The notes beneath the pieces were generated by a model. That model had not been told where the DNA came from and ran no database searches. It saw only the letters and a list, made by a program, of their open reading frames with translations. Of a stretch of DNA of 64,000 nt, positions 45,377 to 54,252 are shown in pieces (the first letter of the stretch is position 1; each line of letters opens with the position of its first letter). The position numbers were made by a program, and so were the translations under genes. The stretch is from an uncultured virus (IMG/VR IMGVR_UViG_3300027628_000015) (taxonomy: Duplodnaviria > Heunggongvirae > Uroviricota > Caudoviricetes > Herelleviridae): the IMG/VR virus record IMGVR_UViG_3300027628_000015. The stretch is one strand, 5' to 3'.

Positions 45377-45596
45377 TTTACAGGCTATTCATTGAGTACA
45401 CGAACTATTGTCTTCGTGTGTTGAATGAGGGTTCTGTTCTTAGGCTTTCGAATATCTCTCGTCTAAATATGTAGGATAAGCTGGGTTTACTGTTTTAACC
45501 CTGAAGTGATCTAGTTCAGGCGTGACTACGTTGATAGTAGCGCTGCTGGAGACTTGACGCTGAAATTAGAAAGCTTCTAAAGAAACTGTTTACTAT

Positions 45597-45673
45597 TACA
45601 GGGTAGCCAAATTTGGTAAGGCATCGCACTTTGACTGCGTGTATTGTTGGTTCGAGTCCAGCCCCTGTAGCCA
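45597..45673 (+). tRNA. tRNA-Gln(TTG)
   Basis: CGCA-CTTTGAC-TGCG, GGTTCGAGTCC, CCA. Confidence 0.9.
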
Positions 45674-45677
45674 TTAT

Positions 45678-45753
45678 TGTCCCGTAGCTCAGTCGGTAGA
45701 GCAATCGGCTGTTAACCGATCGGTCGTAGGTTCGAGTCCTACCGGGGCAGCCA
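45678..45753 (+). tRNA. tRNA-Asn(GTT)
   Basis: ATCGG-CTGTTAA-CCGAT, CCA. Confidence 0.95.
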
Positions 45754-45754
45754 T

Positions 45755-45828
45755 ATGGATGTGGTGTAGTGGTAACTCCCTGCATTTGGGATGCAGTGTC
45801 GCAGGTTCGATTCCTGCCATCCGTACCA
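45755..45828 (+). tRNA. tRNA-Pro(TGG)
   Basis: CTGCA-TTTGGGA-TGCAG, CCA. Confidence 0.9.
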
Positions 45829-45838
45829 TTCTTATTAT

Positions 45839-45897
45839 GTCGGATAGGTCAAAAAGGTGGTACCACCTAGAGGTGAAATTCCCTCCATCCGGCTCCA
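45839..45897 (+). pseudogene. truncated tRNA-like element
   Basis: 7-bp acceptor GTCGGAT/ATCCGGC plus TCCA, T-like arm, no normal D/anticodon arms. Confidence 0.55.
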
Positions 45898-45898
45898 T

Positions 45899-45973
45899 TG
45901 TCTCGTAGCTCAGCGGTAGAGCAACGTCTTGATAAGGCGTAGGTCGTTAGTTCGAATCTAACCGGGACAACCA
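45899..45973 (+). tRNA. tRNA-Ile(GAT)
   Basis: ACGTC-TTGATAA-GGCGT, CCA. Confidence 0.92.
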
Positions 45974-45984
45974 AATTATATTAT

Positions 45985-46058
45985 GGCTCTGTGGTGAAGC
46001 GGCTTAACACACCCGGCTTTCTACCGGGGATACGCCAGTTCGAATCTGGTCAGAGCTA
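45985..46058 (+). tRNA. tRNA-Glu(TTC), CCA not encoded
   Basis: CCCGG-CTTTCTA-CCGGG. Confidence 0.9.
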
Positions 46059-46060
46059 TT

Positions 46061-46136
46061 CTCCCATTGGTCTAAAGGTCTATGACTCTTGCCTTCCAAG
46101 CAAGCAGTCCCGGTTCGAGTCCGGGATGGGGGTCCA
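46061..46136 (+). tRNA. tRNA-Gly(TCC)
   Basis: CTTGC-CTTCCAA-GCAAG, TCCA. Confidence 0.9.
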
Positions 46137-46179
46137 ATTATGGCGGAGGTTGTGGGACATCTCACTCCCCCGTCAACGT

Positions 46180-46253
46180 ATCTGTTTGGTGTAATGGTAG
46201 CACAGGGGTCTCCAAAACCCTTAGTCTGGGTTCAAATCCTAGAGCAGGTGCCA
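46180..46253 (+). tRNA. tRNA-Trp(CCA)
   Basis: GGGGT-CTCCAAA-ACCCT, CCA. Confidence 0.9.
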
Positions 46254-46258
46254 ATCAT

Positions 46259-46329
46259 GGCTCATTAGTGTAGCGGTAACACGACTGACTGTCTATCAGT
46301 TATCCTCGGTTCAAATCCGGGATGGGTCG
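46259..46329 (+). tRNA. tRNA-Asp(GTC), CCA not encoded
   Basis: ACTGA-CTGTCTA-TCAGT. Confidence 0.88.
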
Positions 46330-46358
46330 TTTATTACAATCATTGGAGGGAACGCTAT

Positions 46359-47003
46359 TTGGCTTTAAATGAAGAACTATTAAGCAAGTTTACTCAAAAC
46401 GAACGTGGAGACTTATACTTTGACGGTAAGCTATTATTGCAGCTAGATACTACAGCCCCAGAGCAAGTCACGAACATTGAGATTATCGAGCTTACTAGCT
46501 CTAGTGTAAAAGTATCATTCACGCCTTCTGTTTCAGAGGATGTTGATTACTATGAGGTTTATTACACCGAGCCAGCAAGTTACCCTATCCAAACAATTAA
46601 AACAACAGAAAATGTTGTAGAATTTGTTGGTCTAAACGAACTAAGCAACTACGAGTTGTACATTATATCAGTGGATAAATCAGCAAATAAATCTTCAACA
46701 ACATTTACAGACTTTACGACCCCACCTTCAGATAGTGAGCAGCCTCCAGTAGTATACCGTGCGATCATTGATAATCGTATGAACTACCCCGGCTATGAGT
46801 TATATTTTAACTTTAAAAACTTTTTCCTAGCTGAAACGTTGGAAGTCTACTTTAACGATGAGCTGAAAGAAACAATAAACGGCTCGAGTGGCACATACTA
46901 TCATGGTATTCCAGCTGAGGTAGGTAACTACACAGTAAAGGTTGTAGCTAAAAACCAATATGGAGAGACTACTAGATCAATTACTGGTTACTGGGATTAT
47001 TAA
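46359..47003 (+). CDS. fibronectin type III (Ig-like) domain protein
   Basis: DTTAPEQVTN...SSSVKVSF...YEVYY...GL...NY...VDKSANKS. Confidence 0.8.
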   Translation: MALNEELLSKFTQNERGDLYFDGKLLLQLDTTAPEQVTNIEIIELTSSSVKVSFTPSVSEDVDYYEVYYTEPASYPIQTIKTTENVVEFVGLNELSNYELYIISVDKSANKSSTTFTDFTTPPSDSEQPPVVYRAIIDNRMNYPGYELYFNFKNFFLAETLEVYFNDELKETINGSSGTYYHGIPAEVGNYTVKVVAKNQYGETTRSITGYWDY

Positions 47004-47207
47004 TTAATTAGATTGGTTCCGATAGCAGGGATATGATGTATCGGTACTAAACTAGTACGCTTGGTACATGCCGGGTAGGTAGTTTAGTAGGTAGGGAGAG
47101 AATGGATGGAGCCCCTACAAACAGCGCTTAGTGGACTTACTGGTGTTCTAGTCCCGAAAAAGACGAAGACTCCTTGGGAGAGTAGGTGGTTAAACTTTCC
47201 TTTTAAT

Positions 47208-47293
47208 GCCGAGATGGTGGAACGGGAGACACGCCAGATTTAGGCTCTGGTGCCCTTAGCGGTGTGAGGGTTCAAATCCCTCTCTCGGCACCA
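47208..47293 (+). tRNA. tRNA-Leu(TAG)
   Basis: CCAGA-TTTAGGC-TCTGG, variable arm, CCA. Confidence 0.92.
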
Positions 47294-47299
47294 TATTAC

Positions 47300-47373
47300 G
47301 CCTGAATAGCTCAGTAGGTTAGAGCGGCTGCCTTGTAAGCAGCAGGTCGTGGGTTCGATTCCTACTTCAGGCA
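47300..47373 (+). tRNA. tRNA-Thr(TGT), CCA not encoded
   Basis: GCTGC-CTTGTAA-GCAGC. Confidence 0.92.
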
Positions 47374-47387
47374 TACTCTCTGTTTTA

Positions 47388-47418
47388 GACCTGTGAGGTG
47401 ACGCTCACAGGTTTTTTT
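47388..47418 (+). terminator. terminator of tRNA operon
   Basis: ACCTGTGAG...CTCACAGGT plus T-run. Confidence 0.85.
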
Positions 47419-47536
47419 ATATGAAGTCCTATATTAATAAGGTATACGTACGGTGCAGCTTAATGTCGGCTTTTGTATGGTATAATTAAAATAGAGACTT
47501 ATTTGTTCTATATTATACACAGAAAGAAGGGCGGCT

Positions 47537-47863
47537 ATGGCATCTTTCAGTCAAGATAGAAAATGGATGGAAGCAAAACGAGTCGTAGGTCATCTAAGTT
47601 GGCTTGAAGTGATCGCCTATTACCGAGAGATTCAAGGTACCAACGTATTTGTCTATTCGATTGTAGATGGAGAAAAACGACTTATAGTAGATGTACTCAG
47701 TGACGATAGCGTATTGTTGCTTGGAAAGAACGGAGTACTAACGGATACATACACAAACGTATTAAATAGCAGGAAAGTTTTTAAATATTCGGAATGTTCT
47801 GAGATTAAGATTTACGATCTTGGAGCAGAACAAATTGAGATAGCAGTAGAAAGTCACAATTAG
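47537..47863 (+). CDS. conserved protein upstream of portal
   Basis: late-promoter motifs at 47430 and 47509. Confidence 0.75.
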   Translation: MASFSQDRKWMEAKRVVGHLSWLEVIAYYREIQGTNVFVYSIVDGEKRLIVDVLSDDSVLLLGKNGVLTDTYTNVLNSRKVFKYSECSEIKIYDLGAEQIEIAVESHN

Positions 47864-47881
47864 AATGGAAGTGATATAGAA

Positions 47882-49534
47882 ATGGGAAGATTTGATTGGT
47901 TACCTTGGATGAAACCTAGCCAGCCAGAGACGTTAGTATCTGAGCATGATAACATCTCTACTCGAATTAAGCTACTCGAAGATGAAGCAATTCAGAAGAG
48001 TAAGAATCCGGGAAGAGCAAAAGCGTACGAAGAGCCGTTAATTGGTGCCTTTAGTATGAACCCGGACTTTAAAGAAGCTCCATCTATTTCAGGGACCCAC
48101 AACTTATTACAGACCCTTAAAATCTGGTCCCGAAAGAATATCATCTTAAACGCCATTATCAATACACGGGTAAACCAAGTGTCCACATTCTGTACACCAG
48201 CTCGTTATAACGATAAAGGTATTGGTTATGAAGTTCGATTGAAGGACCCACTAAAGAAGATGACTTCTCATGACGAGAAGAATATTGAGCGTATTGAGTC
48301 TTTCCTAGAGCATACAGGTAAAGATACAGATGATTTCACAAAGGATAACTTCGCTACTTTTGTCAAGAAACTGGTCCGGGACCGATTGACATATGACAAA
48401 ATAAATTTCGAACTTATCTATGATTCTGCTGGACAATTAAACAGATTTAAAGCAGTAGATTCCTCTACGATATATGTAGCTGTAGATGATAAAGGGCATG
48501 AACCAAAAGGGAAGAATGCAGATAGATATGTACAAGTTATCGATCAGCAAAAGGTAGCTTCTTTCAAAGCAAAAGAGATGGCTTGGGAAGTACATAACCC
48601 ACGTACAGACATTACCGTAGGGCGTTATGGCTATCCAGAGTTAGAGATTGCGCTTAACCACTTAATGTATCACCAAAATACAGAGTCATTCAATGCTCGT
48701 TTCTTTGCTCAAGGTGGTACGACTCGAGGCTTGTTACAGATTAAAACAGGACAAGAACAGTCTAACCAAGCTCTATCTGCATTCAGACGTGAATGGACTT
48801 CTATGTTTAGTGGATTAAATGGGGCATGGAAAATCCCGGTTATCACGGCGGAAGATGTTAAATTCGTTAACATGACACAATCATCTAAAGATATGGAATT
48901 TGAGAAATGGTTGAACTATTTGATCAACGTAATCTGTTCTATCTTTAGTATTGACCCGTCTGAAATTAACTTCCCGAACCGTGGAGGGGCAACGGGTAGC
49001 TCTGGTAACACATTAAATGAAGGTAACTCTTCAGAGAAGTATCGTAACTCAAAGGATAAGGGGTTAGAGCCTCTATTAAAATTCATCGAGGATGCTATCA
49101 ATAAATATATCGTTTCTCAATTCGGAGATAAATATGTTTTTAACTTTGTCGGTGGAGACACTAAGACAGAACTTGAAATTATTTCTATCCTTGAAGCTAA
49201 AGCTAAGATCGGTTACACAATCAATGACGTTCGAGCTGAGCTTGGATTACCTCCTATCGAAGGTGGAGACGTTACATTGGCTGGAGTACACGTACAGCGT
49301 CTCGGTCAGATGTTACAAGAGCAGCAAATGGAAGTACAGCGCCAGATGGAAATGCACCAGTTTGTAGCGCAGCAGACAGGCTATAACGGTAACTTGGATA
49401 ATGTTAATGGTAAAGATACCTATAACAAACAAGTAGGCAAGGACGGGCAGCTGAAGGCTGAGAACAACACTAACTCTACGCCGCAAGGCGGAAAGAAAGA
49501 CGATGGCTCCGCAGTGAATGATTGGGAAGTTTAA
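47882..49534 (+). CDS. portal protein
   Basis: RDRLTYDKINFE, GYPELE, FF.QGGTTRGLL, DMEFEKW; synteny. Confidence 0.92.
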   Translation: MGRFDWLPWMKPSQPETLVSEHDNISTRIKLLEDEAIQKSKNPGRAKAYEEPLIGAFSMNPDFKEAPSISGTHNLLQTLKIWSRKNIILNAIINTRVNQVSTFCTPARYNDKGIGYEVRLKDPLKKMTSHDEKNIERIESFLEHTGKDTDDFTKDNFATFVKKLVRDRLTYDKINFELIYDSAGQLNRFKAVDSSTIYVAVDDKGHEPKGKNADRYVQVIDQQKVASFKAKEMAWEVHNPRTDITVGRYGYPELEIALNHLMYHQNTESFNARFFAQGGTTRGLLQIKTGQEQSNQALSAFRREWTSMFSGLNGAWKIPVITAEDVKFVNMTQSSKDMEFEKWLNYLINVICSIFSIDPSEINFPNRGGATGSSGNTLNEGNSSEKYRNSKDKGLEPLLKFIEDAINKYIVSQFGDKYVFNFVGGDTKTELEIISILEAKAKIGYTINDVRAELGLPPIEGGDVTLAGVHVQRLGQMLQEQQMEVQRQMEMHQFVAQQTGYNGNLDNVNGKDTYNKQVGKDGQLKAENNTNSTPQGGKKDDGSAVNDWEV

Positions 49535-49651
49535 AACTTCCCTTCATCATTTTACTAACTAAGTAGTGCTTCTGCTATATTAATAGCAGTAATGCGACTG
49601 TAACTAAGGTCATAACAAGAAGTATGATATAATAGAAGGGAGGGAACAGCC

Positions 49652-50467
49652 CTGAAGACGCAAGAAGGTAGAATCGATCTGTTTGTTCCTATTGATATAG
49701 AGAAATCTATTCAAAAGAGTAATGAGAATGATACCGAAAAGTCTTGGTATCTACGTGGCTATGCTACAACTCCTGACTTGGACCTACAAGACGATATCAT
49801 AGACCCGTCAGGTCTCGATATAAGCCATTTCCTAGAACACGGTTACATCAATTACGAACACCACCAAGGAAATGAATATATTATCGGGGCACCTACAAAA
49901 GAGTCTTATATTGACCCTAATGTTGGGCTGTATGTAGAAGCTAAACTTTACAAAAACAATCCGTATGCTAAAACCATGTGGGACCTAGCTAATAACATTG
50001 CCAAGTCTGGTATTGGAAGAAAGTTAGGATTCTCGATCGAAGGCTTTGCTAAAGAACGAGATAAAAATGACCCTCGTATCATTAAGAGTACATACATCAC
50101 TAACGTAGCGGTAACTACTAACCCAGCTAATCCCGAGGCAACATGGGACGCTTTCATGAAAAGCTACATTGCTGGTTATGGTATTTCACCTGACACTCAA
50201 ATCGATGCCGGGGCGTTAAGAGCGGAATCATTTGCTCGTAGTTTACACAATCTATCCTACGCTTACAAAGCGATTAAAGACCCGAAAGAGTTTGGTCGTG
50301 TATGGAAAGAAGTAGGTTCATATCTAGACTCTATGGAACGCTCTAATCCTGAGAGTATGGTAATGTTCCTTCAGTTATCTAAGGGATATTCAAGAGCAGA
50401 GGCTGTCGCTAAGATCGATAAGCTAATGCAAGAAATGAATAATGGAAAGGAGCAAGACAATGGCTGA
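49652..50467 (+). CDS. prohead protease (CTG start proposed)
   Basis: GYATTPDLDLQDD, GYINYEH, GFSIEG, VAVTTNPANP; RBS AAGGGAGGG 7 nt before CTG. Confidence 0.88.
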   Translation: MKTQEGRIDLFVPIDIEKSIQKSNENDTEKSWYLRGYATTPDLDLQDDIIDPSGLDISHFLEHGYINYEHHQGNEYIIGAPTKESYIDPNVGLYVEAKLYKNNPYAKTMWDLANNIAKSGIGRKLGFSIEGFAKERDKNDPRIIKSTYITNVAVTTNPANPEATWDAFMKSYIAGYGISPDTQIDAGALRAESFARSLHNLSYAYKAIKDPKEFGRVWKEVGSYLDSMERSNPESMVMFLQLSKGYSRAEAVAKIDKLMQEMNNGKEQDNG

Positions 50468-51434
50468 AAAAGTAACGTTTCAAAAATTAACTGAAGATTT
50501 AGACAAGCTTAATAACGAAGAGCTAGAAAAGTCGGAAGAGCAAGCACCTGAAGAAGGTAAAGAGGGTAAAGAGCCTGAAGTAAAAGAGGTTCCCGAAGTA
50601 CAGCCAGAAGCTGAGCCCGTTAAACCTGAAGCAGAGCCAGAGGTTAAGCCAGAAGCAGAACCCGAAGCTAAAGTTGAACAAGAGCCAGAAGCAGAGCCTA
50701 AAGCTGATGAAGACGAAGAAGTTGAAAAGTCTTCAAAAAAGAAAAAGGAAGATGCTGAAAAAGCAGCTGGTGAAGAAGAAAAGCCTAAAACAGGTGAAGA
50801 CGCTAAGGATGCTAAAGCAAAAGCTAAAAAGAAAGACGAAGAGAAAGTAGAGAAGTCTGAAGATTCTGAAATTGGAATCACTGAACAAGACTTTATCGAT
50901 GCTTTTGAAGTTGTCGCTAAATCTGTTAGCTCTTTAAAATCTGAGCACTCATCTGTAGTAGAAGAACTTGCTACTATCAAGAAATCTCTATCTGACATTC
51001 TATCTCTATTGAACACTGAACAGGTTTCTAAATCTGAAGGTGAAGAGAAAGAAGAAGATAAAGAGGAAGATAAGAAAGATGAAAAACCTACTGAAGAGCC
51101 TTTAAAAGCTGAAGACATTGAAAAGAGTGTCAAGGTGGAAGAGGAGCCAGAAGGTAAAGCAGTAGAGTTTGTTTCTAAATCTACTGAAGGCGTAGCTGTC
51201 CCAGAAGCTCCAGAAGCTTCAGAGGGAGCACAGGCTGAGGAAGAGCAAGAGCCTGAATTTAATGCAGTCGATCATGTTAAAGAGGTTGTAGGATATTACA
51301 CGAACCCAGCTAATAACCTTAGCGTTGGTACACGTACAGAAATTCGTTACGCTATCGACCGTGTAAAACGTAACCAAGGTACAGAGACTGATATTGAATT
51401 ATTCAAAGAAATTGTTAATTTTAACAAAAATTAA
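50460..51434 (+). CDS. acidic/charged protein between protease and capsid (scaffold-like)
   Basis: E/K/P-rich, repeated (E/S)KS; synteny. Confidence 0.7.
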   Translation: MAEKVTFQKLTEDLDKLNNEELEKSEEQAPEEGKEGKEPEVKEVPEVQPEAEPVKPEAEPEVKPEAEPEAKVEQEPEAEPKADEDEEVEKSSKKKKEDAEKAAGEEEKPKTGEDAKDAKAKAKKKDEEKVEKSEDSEIGITEQDFIDAFEVVAKSVSSLKSEHSSVVEELATIKKSLSDILSLLNTEQVSKSEGEEKEEDKEEDKKDEKPTEEPLKAEDIEKSVKVEEEPEGKAVEFVSKSTEGVAVPEAPEASEGAQAEEEQEPEFNAVDHVKEVVGYYTNPANNLSVGTRTEIRYAIDRVKRNQGTETDIELFKEIVNFNKN

Positions 51435-51586
51435 GAAAAACCAGTACCAAGTGCTATATTAATGTCATGAACACCTGATATAGGTTTTCGATAGAGAGGT
51501 TCCTCCTCCTAACCTCTCTATCTTTCTTAATGTAGGTAATAAGTATTTTTAACTATAAAACTCAATTTAGAAGGGACGATACATAA

Positions 51587-53002
51587 ATGGCAGACAAAAA
51601 TAACCGCCAACTTCCAAAAGCAGCGGAAGACAAGATCGATGAAGTATTAGCTAAAACCTTTACTACGGGAGTAGGTATTACACCAGATACACAGCCGGAC
51701 GCATCTGCTCTACGCCGTGAATTTTTAGATGACCAGATTACAGTATTAACTTATGATAACTCGGATTTTACGATTTACCCAGCAATTACAAAACGTCAAG
51801 TTAACAACACTGTAGTAAAATATGCAGTATTTAATCAACATGGTCGTACAGGGCACAGCCGTTTCGTTCGTGAAGTCGGAGTAGCCAGCATCAATGACCC
51901 TAACATCCGTCAAAAAACCGTGCAAATGAAATTCTTAAGTGATACTAAACAACAATCACTTGCTGCTGGTTTAGTTAACAACATTGCAGACCCAATGACT
52001 ATCCTAACAGAAGATGCTATTAGCGTAATTGTGAAAAGTATCGAATGGGCAATTTTCTACGGAGATGCAGCATTAACAGCGGATACAGACGAGCAAGCAG
52101 GATTAGAGTTCGATGGCTTACACAAGTTAATCGATCAAAAAACAAACGTAATGGACTTACGTGGACGCTCACTTACAGAGACTGATTTAAGTAAAGCGGC
52201 TGTAATTATCGGTAAAGGTTACGGAAAAGCGACAGATGCATTTATGCCTATCGGTGTACAAGCAGATTTCTCTAACAACTTCCTAGACCGTCAACGTGCT
52301 ATCATGCCAACAGCTCAAGGTGGAATGTCAACGGGTATCGCTGTAACTGAGTTCCTTTCTAGCCGTGGTACTATCAAGCTTCATGGTTCAACAATCATGG
52401 AAAATGATAACGTGTTAGTAGAGAACCGTTTACCGCAACAAAACGCTCCAGTACCTCCACAATCTGTGGCAGCTGTAGTTAAGAGTGCCGCTGGTGGTAA
52501 ATTCCGTCCAGAAGATATCGCTACTCAGTCTTATAAAGTAGTAGTATATTCTGACGAAGCTGAGTCTGTTGCTTCAGATGCTGTTACAGCAGCTGTAACT
52601 AAATCAGACGATGCAGTAGAGTTAACTGTAACTTTACAACCAATGTATCAAGCACAACCACAATTTATCGTAGTTTATCGTCAAGGTGCTGAAACTGGTC
52701 ATTACTTCCAGATCGCTCGTATCCCAGTTTCTAAAGCTAACGATAGCAACCAAATTGTGTTCGTTGACAAAAACGAAACTATTCCAGAAACTACAGATGT
52801 ATTCGTAGGAGAACTTTCTCCACAAGTTCTTAGCTTGTTAGAATTACTTCCTATGATGAAGCTACCATTAGCTCAAATGAATGCTACTGTAACGTTCTCT
52901 GTATTATGGTATGGAGCTCTAGCGTTATACGCTCCTAAGAAATGGGTTCGTATTAAGAACGTTAAATACATCCCAGCTCTAGCAGCTGACGTAACACTAT
53001 AA
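51587..53002 (+). CDS. major capsid protein
   Basis: KTFTTG.GITPDTQ.DA.ALRREFLDDQIT, Herelleviridae MCP. Confidence 0.96.
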   Translation: MADKNNRQLPKAAEDKIDEVLAKTFTTGVGITPDTQPDASALRREFLDDQITVLTYDNSDFTIYPAITKRQVNNTVVKYAVFNQHGRTGHSRFVREVGVASINDPNIRQKTVQMKFLSDTKQQSLAAGLVNNIADPMTILTEDAISVIVKSIEWAIFYGDAALTADTDEQAGLEFDGLHKLIDQKTNVMDLRGRSLTETDLSKAAVIIGKGYGKATDAFMPIGVQADFSNNFLDRQRAIMPTAQGGMSTGIAVTEFLSSRGTIKLHGSTIMENDNVLVENRLPQQNAPVPPQSVAAVVKSAAGGKFRPEDIATQSYKVVVYSDEAESVASDAVTAAVTKSDDAVELTVTLQPMYQAQPQFIVVYRQGAETGHYFQIARIPVSKANDSNQIVFVDKNETIPETTDVFVGELSPQVLSLLELLPMMKLPLAQMNATVTFSVLWYGALALYAPKKWVRIKNVKYIPALAADVTL

Positions 53003-53040
53003 GCTGACAATATCATATAGCTAACTGAATAAACAAGTAA

Positions 53041-53076
53041 ATAAGGGGCAGACAAAAATCTGCTCCTTATTTTTTT
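53041..53076 (+). terminator. intrinsic terminator after MCP
   Basis: ATAAGGGGCAGA...TCTGCTCCTTAT plus T-run. Confidence 0.85.
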
Positions 53077-53110
53077 ACAAAAATGACGATCTGAAAAGGA
53101 GAGAAATTAA

Positions 53111-53350
53111 ATGTTAATCAATGAAACTTTAGCAAATAAAAAACTAGCAACTCCATACGGTGAGATCACATTCAATGAGAAAGGTGAATCTAAGGACCTT
53201 AAGGGAGAGCAGGAGAAGGTTTTAGGTAACCTACCGGGCTTTACTATTAAAAACGAAACAAAAGCTCCTGCAAAGAAAGCAGAGCCTAAAGAGGAAGAAA
53301 AGGTAGAAGCAAAAGCGGCTCCTAAGAAGACTGCTGCAAAGAAAAACTAA
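53111..53350 (+). CDS. small conserved head-region protein
   Basis: synteny after MCP; Lys/Ala/Pro tail. Confidence 0.75.
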   Translation: MLINETLANKKLATPYGEITFNEKGESKDLKGEQEKVLGNLPGFTIKNETKAPAKKAEPKEEEKVEAKAAPKKTAAKKN

Positions 53351-53371
53351 TGAAAGGTAAGGGGATAAATT

Positions 53372-54238
53372 ATGGCAGAGAACTTTGGTAACCCTTACGA
53401 TCACAATAACCCAAAAGCTATCGATATCGCAGATGTGAATAAATATACATTGGATGACTACGGATTATCGGTAGATGCTGTTAAACTAAATCACTTCGGC
53501 GTACAGGTTACAGACCCTCGTACAGGTGAACATTTGCCAGATGCTTTCTATAAAGCAAAGATCGAAGCAGCAGTAGCTCAAGCTGAGAAGATGTTGGATA
53601 TTGTTATCTTGCCAAGACTTCTTCAGGAGCATCATGACTTCTACTCTAATGATTATGGTAGTTACACATTCATCCATACATTCCATAAGCCGATCTTACA
53701 AGTAGAGGCAGTAACACTAGAGTATGGAGCTGGGACGCTTTACAAGTACCCTACTAAATGGTGGAGAGTCTATAACCTTCCGGGGCACCTACAAATGATG
53801 CCAAATACTTTATTATCTGGAGGCTCAGATGGCTTATCGTTATTCCAAGCGTATTCTGCATACCCGATGATTACAGGTATACCGGGCACAGTAGGTAATG
53901 ACTTTGCTCCTCAAATGCTACATGTAAATTATGTGGCAGGCATGCTTCCACCGACTAGAAGTGGGGTAACTGCGCCGAACGAGATGCACCCGGACTTATG
54001 GAATATGATCGTTAAGTTAGCACTTAAAGAAGTATTCGAACAGTGGGGACGCTTAATTATCGGAGCCGGGATTGCTAACATGTCTATCAGTATTGATGGG
54101 GTAAGCCAATCTATCGATACAACTCAAAGTGCTATGTATGGCGGAGCTAGTGCCGACATCATGCAGCTAGATCAAGATATTCAGAATCTATACAAAGGAT
54201 TAAAGTCTTATTATGGGAACAATTTAGGACTTATCTAA
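53372..54238 (+). CDS. head-tail adaptor/neck protein
   Basis: WGRLIIGAGIA...SIDGVSQS; synteny. Confidence 0.75.
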   Translation: MAENFGNPYDHNNPKAIDIADVNKYTLDDYGLSVDAVKLNHFGVQVTDPRTGEHLPDAFYKAKIEAAVAQAEKMLDIVILPRLLQEHHDFYSNDYGSYTFIHTFHKPILQVEAVTLEYGAGTLYKYPTKWWRVYNLPGHLQMMPNTLLSGGSDGLSLFQAYSAYPMITGIPGTVGNDFAPQMLHVNYVAGMLPPTRSGVTAPNEMHPDLWNMIVKLALKEVFEQWGRLIIGAGIANMSISIDGVSQSIDTTQSAMYGGASADIMQLDQDIQNLYKGLKSYYGNNLGLI

Positions 54239-54252
54239 AGGAGGGGTAACAA

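Noticed and set aside
45516..46273. ORF-track entries overlapping the tRNA cluster
   Set aside because: They are translations of tRNA genes on either strand, without RBS
50480..51133. 217-aa Ser-rich minus-strand ORF
   Set aside because: Antisense shadow of the Glu/Lys-rich gene's biased codons; the same applies to most short antisense ORFs in the track
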